Shown here one piece after another: positions 46,901 to 58,384 of a stretch of 64,000 nucleotides of DNA (position 1 is the first letter of the stretch; the number at the start of each line of letters is the position of its first letter). The position numbers and the translations under genes are program-made. The stretch covers positions 1 through 64,000 of the forward strand of contig UYFQ01000027.1 of the NCBI GenBank assembly GCA_900617105.1, written 5' to 3'. Origin of the DNA: Hydrurus foetidus. Taxonomy: Eukaryota. The notes under the pieces are model-generated. The model made no database searches and was not told where the DNA came from. It worked only from the letters and a program-made list of their open reading frames with translations.

Positions 46901-49900
46901 GCTGGTCTGCAGGACAGCATACAGTCAGCACGTCAAGAAGAAGAGTCGTCAGAAGAAAGAAACAAAGGAAAGAGAAAGGAAAAAGGAAGACAGAACGAAA
47001 AACGGATGCTCAGGCTGGTCTCGAATAAGAAGAGAAAGTCAGCCAACGAGAAAGCGATGGAAGTCGCATCAAAAAACAGATGCAAAAGATGGAGAGGGCG
47101 AAGCAAAGTGCGGAGACAACAAGAAGAATGAGCGCGGTGCAGGTGCAGGTGCAGGTGCGAGAGGAGGCTGCGCGATGAGTGCGAGGCTAGCGGAGCTCGA
47201 GCGATCAATGGGTGAGTCGCAGGCAGAAGTGGTTGCTCTGAAGGCTGAAAAGGAAGGTCATGACGAGGAGAAGAACAAGATGATAGAGAAGATGACCAAG
47301 ATGCTGGGGAAGCTCAAAGAGACGAAGGTGGAGGCAGCGAGTGCGACTGCGGAACTGGTGTCGATGAGGGAGGAGGTAGAGCGGGTGCGCGGAGAGGAGC
47401 AGCGGTTGGTGTCTGAGGTGGCTGGTCTGCAGGAGCACGTACGTACGGCTGAGTCAGCTGCGTCGAGCAGAGCTGTGTCGGCCGCTGAGAGTGCAGGTGA
47501 GGAGAAGAGAGCGAGAGAAGTCGAGGCAGAGAAGGAGAGGCGAAGGGTGGAGGAGCGAGAAAGCTGCGCTGAGCAAGAAGCGGTGCGAATTGAAGGTCTG
47601 AGGTGCCAGCTAAAGGAGCTCCAACAAGTTCTCAGTGAGAAGGACAGTAGACTGGTTGTTCTTGATCAGACCGTTGAGAACAACGCCGCCTTGATATCTG
47701 CTAGGACAGAAGAGCTGACGGACATGAAGAAGCATTTGCACTCTTTGAAAGAAGCCATGGAGCTCGCTGTCGAGAAGGCAAAGAGAGCGGAAGAGCAAAC
47801 AGCTGTCGCAAGACAGGATCTAAGTGCACTCAGCACTCAGTACATCCGGTCACAGGAAGACAGAACAGAAGCACGGCTATCGGCATCGGAGCACATAGCA
47901 TCTTCCGAGAAGCATCAGGAAGAGTTGAGGGATGCCTTGCTGGCTCTTGAGGGGAGAGACGCGCAGCTGTCCAGCTATGCGGATCATGTCGACATGGTTG
48001 AGAAGAAGCTGACAGAGGCGGAGCAGGCTGCTGCTTGTCTGCAATCTGACTTACAGGATGCAGTCAGGGCACTCACACAGGTGAGACTAAGCACTCCGCA
48101 TCATGAACTGTATGCAAGCATTTCGACTGTTTTTTTATGGTGTGTTGGAACGAACATGCACCCTTCAGCACCCTTTGGCACAATCACATCTATGCATCAT
48201 CACCACTGTCTTCTCACTCGTCACGCTCATAGGCGAAGGCAGCCGAGGCGATATTAGGGGCGGCTTGGAGGGCGAAGAGCGCCTATGTTCCTTCAAGATT
48301 CGAAGTGCTGCTGCGCTGCAGTGACGGAGAGAAGACTTGGTGTCTCATCAGGTAAGACTTTTTCCCCCTTACATTATGGTAGATCTAGAATATCTCTAGT
48401 CTTGGAAAGAGTGCGTGACCTTGTGTGTGTGCTTTGGATGCCTTTGATTGGAATCTTCCTCTTTCATCAATGCAATCACTTGTTACATCTCACATAATCT
48501 TCACACCACTCACATCATCCATGTTCCATGTAGTCGCGAGAAGAGTGAGGAGGAGCGAAAGGCAGACACTCTATCCTCCGAAGACAGAACAGAGAGGGTT
48601 CCGCAGAACACTCCTCCTGCTCCCAGTGCTGCACTGAGTGATGGCAACAAAGAGGTGACAACTAAAGGAAAGAAGAAGAAGAACAAGCTGAGTTCTCGGG
48701 ATGTTCCTGCGGTGTCAGTTGAGAGTGGAAAAGGTGTAGTTGGAGGAGCCGAGATTGTGGATCGTGTTGATTCCGTCCTTGCTGCTGATGACGTCAGTGG
48801 CTCACAGTCTCTGGTAGGAGGTAATGTGGTGGAGTCAGTGTCTGTGTTGCATAGTGCAGTGGAAGACACTGAGAGGGACACAGATTGGTCCAACCCAGCT
48901 ACCCTCTCTATGGTGGAGTGGCGGCTAGACAGCGAAGTGATGCAGTGGTGTAAGTCAGCCCCTTCGTCCGGTCCAAGCACACCTACACGTACCCAAATGA
49001 GAGAGAAAAAGTCCCCACTGGCAGATCCATTCTCCATAGGTGCATTACCGTCCGGAAATGCAACACGCCGTATTCTATCCTATCACATTTTTTTTCTCGC
49101 TTGTGATAAAAGCTGTTTATCACTGGCATTGCACTGTATGTCTCTCTCAAGATTTTTAAAAGTGACACTAGTAATGATATGGCATGTACAATAAATCTCC
49201 CCTCTCTTCTCTCATCTCTCTTCTCTTCTCCCCTCTCATTCTCTTCATTTCTGTCCTCCGTTCTGTTCTGTTCTCCTCTCCTCTCTCCCCTCCTTTCCTC
49301 TCTCTCTTCTCTTCTTCTTCTCTTCTCTTCTCTTCTCTTCTCTTCTCTTCTCTTCTCTTCTCTTCTCTAGACGGCAAAGAGCACGAGATGCCCTCGACAG
49401 TGCAAGAAGAGATGAGCGCAGAGTTCGCCCGTCAGAGCGCCTCTATGAATGGCGTAATAGAGCAGTTGAGGCTAGAGAAAGACTCAAGCCAACAAGCATT
49501 TGATAAGTACAGGTGAGGGAGTAAGGGAGAGAGGGAGGGAGTGGTGAGTAAGGGAGTGAGCTGGGGGTGAATTGGCGAGTGGGCTGACAAATACAGTCAG
49601 TCAGTCAGTCAGTCAGTCAGTCAATCTGTCTGTCAGTCAGTCAATCTGACAGTCAGTCAGTCAGTCAGTCAGTCAATCTGTCAGTCAGTCAGTCACCTAG
49701 TCTGTCAATCAATAATTATGCAATTCCTCTCAGCATCTCCTACTCCAGCTCCTTCGTGAACAACTCACATTGAAAACCGCGCAAAATATCTATTATGCCC
49801 TGAATTCTTTACCCCGAGACAAACATCTTTCTCGAAACGTTTCTCACAATTTTCTTCATGGACTCTTATCAACATCTAATATCTGATTATTTTTTGACAG

Positions 49901-51963
49901 GGAGAGGTCTCGAGTAGGGATGGTGAAGCTTGGGGAGGATTTAAGGAACAGCGAAAAGAAGATTCTGTCGGTCCAGGATCTCCTGCAGGTAAATACTAGA
50001 TAGATTCTATTTTTTATTTCACTTTTTTTTTTTGGAAACGCATCGAGTCTATGTGTGGGTGGTAAGGCACGATCTATGAACTGCGATGATGCGATATGAC
50101 AAGATAATGCTTCTCTTCTCTTCTCTTCACACCTCTTCTCTTCTCTTCTCTTCTCTTCTCTTCACACCTCTTCTCTTCTCTTCTCTTCTCTTCTCTTCTC
50201 TTCTCTTCACACCTCTTCCATCCCCTCAGTCTTCCTTAACTCCCTTGCCCTTGCTCTCCCACCTACCATCGTCGTCTCAGGCGGAGCGCCAACTCACCAT
50301 TCAAGAGCAGAACACGTTGATAAAAGTCAAAGCTGAGTTCGAAGCGCAGAGCAGAGAAGCGAGTGCGCTGCTCGACACGGAGAAGAACAAAGTAGCCCAG
50401 CTGAGCAGAGACATTGTGCAGCTTAGGGAAGAGATGGAAATCATGCTAGACGGACAGAGTGCCTTGAAAGACGCGTTAGAAGAAGAGTCCAACTCGGTTA
50501 GTCAAGTTGTGCTGATCAGTGTCGAGGATAGTTTACATTAGTGAGCGATGCTAAGTTACACTTAGAGGCGACTGGTCACAGTCATAGTCATAATCAGCTC
50601 TGATCCGTTAGCTGCAGCCTCATTGTATGGACGTCTCTATAGTCACTTGCTAACCATGCACTTCTCGCACCTCTCATCCTTCTCATCTCTATCGTTCCTC
50701 CTCTTCTTCCCCCTACTATCCGCTCCCCTCGTAACGCTTAATCCCATCGCAGGTCTCCGAGTCTGTTAAGGAATATGCAGACAAGTTGGAGTCCATGAAA
50801 GCTGAGTGTGATGATCTCAAGGATCGAGAGGAGAGCTTGAAGAAGAGAGAGAAGACGCTACACAGTGAAATGAAGAAAAAGGGCGACCTAGCGAGACAGA
50901 TGTTAGCCGAGAAAGATGTATACATCCAGCAGTTGCTCAGTAACAATAACAATAGCAGTAACAGTATCAATAATGGTAGTAATAACAGTGCTAGTGCAAG
51001 CTACGGTAGCAGTGGCAGTTCTGGTGCGACATTCATCCCAAGTAATCTGGACACAGCTTCCCCCACTCACAGTGCAGCAGCGTCAAGCGGCAGTGACAGG
51101 AGTTCAAATGGAAGTGGGCAGCGGCCTAGCGGTAGACCGATGCCAGGCAGCGCGAGACCTTCCGAGATGTCCTCTTCATCCAGCAAAGTAAGAGAGCGGA
51201 GATGTCTTCACTGCTGCCTGAGCTGTCGTGCATCTCTCCGTGTATCTGTTTCTTCACTCTGCATCACCTGATGCACTTTGTGTCCTGTAGAACAGGGATA
51301 GAACTCCTTCACCTGTTGTTCCCCCCACAGCCCTCCCGTACAGCCACCCACACATGCTGTGCTGTAACTTACTTCTGATGCATCCGTCAATCCTGTTGCA
51401 TTGGCAGGGTAAAGAGGACTTGGTCGGCTCTACTCTCGCACCAGCCCAGGGTGGCTCTCATCTGTTGGAGATGGAGGGAGAGAGCGAGAGGGAGTTGGTG
51501 AGTGAGAGCGAGACCAGCAGAGCGCAAAGAGGGGAGAGAGAGAGGCACCATGCAAGTGCCCTCTCTGTCACAGACCAGGACTATCTTAAACAGGCGTTCT
51601 GTGGGTTCTTGAAAGCGAAAGAAGGGGTAGAGATGGAGCACTTAGGTGTGTCACTGCTACTTGATGTTCTTTCTATGTAATTGTCGAGCAGCCGTTATTG
51701 GCCGCACTACGTCTCATTTCAACCGTAATGCCACTCTCCATATCGCCTGTACACATGCAGTACTTACACATCCCTACTCCTACTCATGCATCTATTCATC
51801 TCTTTTCTTTTGTTCTCTAGGACGTGTCATCTGCGCTATCCTTTGTCTGAGCTCAGAGGAGCAAGTGGGAGTCATGGAGGGCATCACGAGAATCACTCCT
51901 GCTGTCGTTGCTACATCCGCCGCACAGTCATTCGCCACTAGTCTGTCATCGCTATTTGCATAG
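40922..51963 (+). CDS. Giant coiled-coil protein with a C-terminal GRIP-like domain (golgin); multi-exon
   Basis: E/K/A/L heptad-rich exons at about 40922-41336, 41462-42178, 42559-42975, 43118-43942, 44901-48080, 49370-49512, 49901-49988, 50281-50496 and 50752-51187. The terminal exons 51408-51645 and 51821-51963 splice to DQDYLKQAFCGFLKAKE...HLGRVICAILCLSSEEQ, a GRIP-like signature. Frame breaks occur at 46300-47180. Confidence 0.75.
43970..44565 (+). repeat. Intronic CATCT/TATCT/TACCC pentamer-based minisatellite
   Basis: Recurrent tatctttgcatcctatcttaccctatctcatctcatc blocks after the donor site at ~43943. Confidence 0.92.
45700..47530 (+). repeat. Internal coding repeats of the golgin gene
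   Basis: The KAEKEGHDEEKNKMIEKMTKMLGKLKETK block occurs at ~46145, ~46720 and ~47240. The EMKSKVQETQAAYEELKSAMEVA block occurs at ~45725, ~45875 and ~46505. Confidence 0.9.
49200..49368 (+). repeat. Pyrimidine-rich (CTCTT)n tract at an intron 3' end
   Basis: Direct reading; a similar tract lies at 50110-50215. Confidence 0.9.
49594..49695 (+). repeat. (CAGT)n microsatellite, intronic
   Basis: Direct reading. Confidence 0.9.
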
Positions 51964-52684
51964 AGCTCTGTCCTTGGAAGAGGAGGATGTCTGTACTGCA
52001 CTGCACGGTAGTATGCTGTGCCATGTGGAATAGTATTGGATCTTGTCTCAATTCCCTAGTCGGCGCATATTTAGTCTGACATACGTTGCATTGAGAAGTG
52101 CGGTAGCTGCCATGTACTGGATTGTACAGGAGAGGTCTCGAGTCCGAGTCTGAGCCCCACACAGCGCGGTGTCTCTCCAGATCAGAACGGAAGGGACTCT
52201 GGACCGTGATATAGTCTGACGTCACTGGGATAGTCCACCTTCCGTGAAGAATAGAGTAGGGAAGAGATAATAGGAGATCTGAATTGTGCAGCTATGAACT
52301 GGTCCGGCTGATCATGTGATCAGAATTTTTAAAATGTATGTGAACCGTACAGAGTCACATAGTGCATGACCGCGCCACAAATGCTTTTTTATCGTGCCGA
52401 TTAGATGCAGGACACCACCTCACCGTACATACGTGGTAGATGCATTACATGAGCTGATTCCTCTGAGACTACATAGTTAGAGGATTACTAGAAAGCTTGT
52501 CGATGATCTTTCGTTGATTCATATTTCATGCGATAGAGTGCACACTAACAAATTATTTCCTGCCTAAATAATACGATATATTTTATAATGTACTTGTTGC
52601 TTCAATGTAATAATTCTACAAAGTGGAATAATAAATCCTACCAGGAGAATAAGCTGCAAAGTACTCTTCTCAAAACTATCAGAC

Positions 52685-53402
52685 TTATTCATCTCTGGAT
52701 TCGATAAGTATGAGATGAGAGCCGAACTGTGTTTTGATTGGTCCGTGGATAACACCTACGGCGTCGTTGAACACTACTTTGTCGAATTCAGGAACCATCT
52801 GTTTGGGAGAGAATGTTCCCAGAGATCCGCCTACAGGAAATCAGCAGGGAGGAATTGAGCAATCCGAAGTGATGGGAAAGGAAAGAAAAGGGCTGACAGA
52901 CCTTTGCGTCCACTTGGGCAAGAAGAGTGCTCAGCAGCGGCATCAGCAAAGGCAGCTGCTACGTTCTCTCTTGTGGATATCTGCTTCTTCAACTTGGTCC
53001 TTCATGATGCAAAGCGTGAAAATAAGCATGGATATTGCGGTAACTCAACGATAAGGCGACATTTGTCGATTCCAATCGTACGACTTACAAGAATACAGCG
53101 GCATCTGGTCCCTTCACCAGAATGTGTGATGCACTTGCTTTCTTCGACTTCCCGAAAAGCCCTATGTTGAGTCAGTCAAGAAGAGACAGTAGCATCATAA
53201 ATCGGTAATAATCATAGCCCTATCGCTTGTTCCGACAATGTTTGATTTGCAAATAGTGCACCATACCATCGAGGAATCCCATTGAAATGCTCGTTGATTT
53301 ATACGAGCGAACAACGTTACGGCTTGCTGAAGGTGCTGATCTGAAGGCGGAGACCGCAAGCATCGTGCAAAGAGCGAAGATAAATAGGGCCTGTCTGAAC
53401 AT
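52685..53402 (-). CDS. Parvulin/PpiC-type peptidyl-prolyl isomerase, probably plastid-targeted, 150 aa; exons 53402-53267, 53161-53089, 52999-52902, 52830-52685
   Basis: The spliced product contains KASASHILVK, FADAAAEHSSCPSGRKGGSLGTF, QMVPEFDKVVF and GPIKTQFGSHLI. The N-terminus MFRQALFIFALCTMLAVSA-FRSAP is a signal peptide with an ASAFAP-like site and a transit peptide. Confidence 0.93.
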
Positions 53403-53824
53403 TGCTGTCGATTGCAGAGTGGCAGCGTGAGGCGTGAAGTGACAGAGTACAGAGTAGCCTCGAAACTTCAAACTCGAGAGAAAGTTGAGTTGTCGGTAGA
53501 CTGGTGTGAGATGACGGCAGAGCAGAACAGTGCTTTAAAAGCGGACAGCGGTACTGAATGTCGAAAATATCTGCATTTACATTTAGGTGTTTTGCTGTGT
53601 AGAACTGACTCAAAATTATTTAGTTACAGCATTTCCTAAGCATGGAAAATTGTTTTTATTGGATGTCTAAGAAGGGCATTTCGACGATGCTGGCCTCCCA
53701 TTGTCAATTGTAATTGTTGCGTTCGAGAAGTCCCCCAAATTCAGGGCATCGTAAGTGACCGTAGAGTGATAAGAAGTAAGAGGAATTGAAAGCAGCTTTT
53801 CAAGAAAAGCTCACTCGTAATCCA

Positions 53825-56800
53825 TTACCAGGGAATCTGCAGTCCATCTTCGCAGTTGACGAATGTTCCTGCGCTGGTTAGGTCCATCAGGCCGATCTCG
53901 TGGATAACCCTCTTTGCCCCCACACCAGCATCAACGGCTCCTACGCAATGACAAAGTAGCGAGAAGGGTAAGACACGCAATATAAGGGTGGAGTGTGGGA
54001 AGAAATAGAAATAAAGGTTACACCACTGAAACAAGAGAGGATAAGGAACATGGGTGGGCTGCAAAACAAATTACAATAAACAATAACATGATGGTCTGCT
54101 CCCGAAATACGCACTGCACTGCACTGCATTGCACTGCAGGTCCGTCAACTCACACCGCATCGAGCCTGCACATGTTCAAACTACAGTATAGTATAGTATA
54201 GTACAGTACAGTACAGTACAGTACAGAGCAGTCCTCTCACTAGAATAAGGAAGAGAGTGACCATGACAAGCGGGAAGTCCCTTGACCTTGGGGAGCTATA
54301 TTCAATCGAATCAAAGAAAACCAAACACAATAAAATAAAATAAAATTACCTTCGATTTCCCAGATGTGTGCGTACTTCTTGGTCATATCCGTCTTGTTGA
54401 ATCCGGGGTGGAGCATAGTCACGCATATGCCTGTACAGCATGGAAGAGCATAGGAGGAAGAGTGAGAGGAAGAGTGAGAGAGAGAGGAAGGGTGAGAGGA
54501 AGAGTGAGAGGAAGAGTGAGAGGGCGTTATTCTTGTTTGTTCAGGGATTGATTTTGATATCTATATGCCGAGATACGGATGTTGGATATTGGATGTTGGA
54601 GTGGTGGTTGTGGTGGTGGTTATGTCGATTAGCGTTACAAGTGCAGCGCACATTGAAATGAAAATGACGCTGGTCAGTCTTGGCCACATTTCAGAAGATT
54701 GCGTTTCATCGGTTTGATCTCAAGATGATTCGTCAGTACGGATGTGATGCGGTACAATGTGAGACGAGAAATATGACATGATGCGGTGTGACATGTGATA
54801 CAACAGGAGAAATGGAATAAAATGATGTGATACAATGTGATGTGTATGTACGTGCGTGCGTACCGTGTCCCTTCATTTCTTGTGACAGCAGAACGCCCAT
54901 CATGTTGGCAGCCGACTGAAATTGAATTACATTACATTACATTGCATTACCTTGCATTGCATTCGAATAAATGAAAAAAAATGTGATACACTCGTTCAAA
55001 TGAGTCAAAGCAAAGTAAAATAAACAAAATTGATTTAATTGGAAACAGTGTCTTAGTAGTTCTTTCAAGAGATTATTTCTTTTTCAGTCACACAGTATAG
55101 CTTAGTAGCAGGTAGTCAATCTCAAGTAGATTAAGCAGCGGCTTTGGAGGGAGAGAGAACACTACTCATTTACCCAGCCTTCTATGCGACACTTCCCACT
55201 TAAATATCTGCCATATCCTAACTCCTATGTAACTTTAGTGCAGCCCTTGAGAGTAGAAGACTAACAGATGTAGCGGGTATCTGGGCCGGGTCGCTGGGCT
55301 GGATGGTCTTCCTAGCTATCGTGATGTGCCTCAATTGTCACGGTAGCATGGCATCGATAGTTCAACTTGCATGATGTCCACCATTGCTGTTACCAATATC
55401 GCGATGTGCTTAGAGGAGTTGGTGATGCATATCTACCCCCCCTAACTGACGCTACTCATTCTCATTCACATTCACATTCTCGTGTTTATCGAACCCTTCA
55501 ATATGCACCATCCATTCCATTGCAGTACAAAGCCAGTGGCATCTAGATCAGATTAGATCCGATCAGATCCGACTCACACAATTCTGTGAAAGTGCTCTAG
55601 TTGTTGTTGATGATAAACTGAGTCACGGTTTTGCCTCTTCTTGTTCCACCACTCAAGCTATATCTGCTTTCTACAGCTTAGATCTCCTTTTTTTTGAATC
55701 TGCCTCTCCTCTGCTCAACACACCTTACCTTCTCCATTCGGCCTAACTCTACTTCGCCTAGCTTCACTTTTTCTCTATATCGCTCGTTCTTATCATCACA
55801 CAATCTTCCATGCTATCCTATCCTTTCCTATCCTACCCTTTCCTATCCTATCCTTTCCTACCTCACCCAACAATAGCCCGACACCAAATTCCTTCCTACT
55901 CCTCCATTTCTTCTCATCTTTGTTATTCATTTTCTCCACTCTCTAACCTCTTTTGAGCTGCACAATCTCATCTCATCTCATCTCATCTGATCAAACTAGT
56001 CTAATCTAGTCTTGTCTACTCAGATCTAATATTATCTAGCAAGGATTTCTACGTACGCACCTTGGACATGTGGTGTCCGTAGTCGTGACCAGTGGGGTTC
56101 TGAGTGAAGCGCCATCCCACAGACCCCCCTTGAGAAGTTATCATCACAACCTATGAACGTACGTATGTGTGTATGTCAGTGCAAATGATGTACGTGTGAT
56201 TTGTATACAAATATCGCACAGAATGCAAATATCGTACAGAATGTAAATATCGTACAGAATGCAAATATCGTACAGAATGCAAATATCGTACAGAATGCAA
56301 ATATCGTACAGAATGCAAATATCGTACAGAATGCAAATATCTTACAGACGCATTCTATAGACGCAAAGATGTGGCATTTGTATTGCAGTCCGCATGACAG
56401 ACTCTCAGTACAGATGCTGTCTGATTGAGCCATGCATGCGGATCCAGATAGATTGACACACTAGCAACTCGATTTGGTGTGACGTGATAACATTATAGTG
56501 ATAACAATATGTTATATCGCCATCGCTTAACTACAACTATTTCATTCAAGTCTATTGAATGCAATTCTCTGACCACTGGAATAACACAACACACACACAT
56601 CACGCACACAATGCACGATCTTGAAGAGTCACCTTTGCCCCTGACTTCAGCAGTCCACCATTGAAGAGTCCAGAGGTTACGCGGAGGGGGCCGAGAGCGC
56701 AGATATCGATCATCTTCAGCTCCTGACAGTAGGAGAGGTGAGGTATGGACATCATCAGTGGGTGTTGAAGAAGAAGGAGAGGAAGGAAAAGAAGAAGGAA

Positions 56801-58036
56801 AAGGAGATGAAGAAAAAGCAGAAGGAGAAGGAGAAGAAGGAGAGGAAGGAAAAGAAGAAGAAGAAAGAGCAAAAAGAAGAAGGGTGATAGGAGTAGCAGG
56901 CTGACAGCTACATCAAAACAAATTTGAAATTGAAGAATACACTTTTAAGACATATGACACAGGCGCAGGGTTCAATAATCTCAAGGAAGTATTTCACGCA
57001 TCGTAAACAAAAGAGGCAGAACAATCTTATATGATGAGTCCCTCGAACCTCTTCAAAATTTAAAGAGTCAATTTTCTCCACAGGCTCATAGAAGTATCCC
57101 GCATTATTGATGAGAATATCAATTTGTTTTCCCTTGAGGGCTGCAGCGAGTTTATCACCGCATTTATTGTCCTGCATTTCAATGCCTGCGATGTTGTCGA
57201 GATCAGTATTAAATAGCAACTCTACGGTTTTTCTTGCAGAAAAAAAGAGTGATAAACGTCGTTTTCAGCGGTTATTTTGGAGCATGGAAATATGATACAG
57301 TACTTCTGTTTAGTTGAGACCTCGACAATAAGAAGCATCAGAATGTATGAGTTTTTCATTTGCAAACCAAATCAATAATGAAGAACTTCCAGTCAATGGG
57401 GAGGGTGATGCTGTAATTCCAAAGTGATGACAAAGCAAAAGCGAACTTTGCGAACCTGTGATAACTTCTGAGACGCCTTCAATCGTGGCCGCAGATCGAC
57501 TGGTGACGATCACATCAGCACCTACAGTAAAACAAGAGGAATTTCTGATGTAAGGTTCTGACTCAATCTGACATGTTGAGGAATCAGAATCACAGGATGG
57601 ATTTCGGTTCTACCTTGCTTTACAAGCTCGTTAGTGATGGCCAATCCAAGACCTCGGTTACCACCAGTTACCAACACACATTTTCCTTTCAAGAAGTCGC
57701 CCTTGTAAAAGCTGTCGATCTCAAGCATTCTCTTGTTGCCTATTCATTCAATATTTTATCGGACGATGTTATCTATCTGTTGCTTAGATTGCAACTTCTG
57801 AAGACCCAATGCTCCGGGGCGATTGGCATTCTAAGGTAGATTGACATTGGCTGACCTTCAGCCTTCGCCTTCGCGAAACGTGCTGGTTGATCAGGCAGAG
57901 AGAACTCAGGAGTTGCTGCCATGTTCAGCTTTGACTTTGCTGCTGTCGAGGATGCTTTCGAAAGCATACGGAATCCCCTGACCAGAGCAGTCTGGGTGAG
58001 GCAAAAAGCCAATACTTTTAACATTGTGAGCGGCAT
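53825..58036 (-). CDS. Short-chain dehydrogenase/reductase (CsgA/C-signal-like) with an N-terminal targeting sequence; about 9 exons
   Basis: [85 protein letters not shown]. The N-terminus is [24 protein letters not shown]. Confidence 0.9.
56208..56347. repeat. 18-bp tandem minisatellite (aaatatcgtacagaatgc) x~7.5 in an SDR intron
   Basis: Direct reading; no spacers between units. Confidence 0.95.
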
Positions 58037-58384
58037 AATGGCTTCCAATCAATAACTTTTGCAAGATAAGGCAGCAATGATACTTCTCCTGCTCAAGAAG
58101 CAACCATGAAGCACATTCTACTGAAGCAACAATCCGATCCCAGATTCAAGCAAGCGGCAGTCAAAAATAAGAAACCGGAAACGTTGAAGCTTTCAGATCA
58201 GCACCTAATTTAGTTATCTGGCATCTATTTTAGTTTTTGATGCCCTCATACACAGGCTATGTATAGTGTATAGCGTGTAGTCTATGCGTCTAAGCCTATT
58301 AATTCAACTAATAACAAGAGATACATTTTATTCATCATGGATATAATGACAGTATGTACAATATGACTACTGACAGCAGAACAT

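Noticed and set aside
56151..56433. ORFs with HSVRYL / QNANIV / FAFCTI repeats
   Set aside because: They come from an 18-bp intronic minisatellite.
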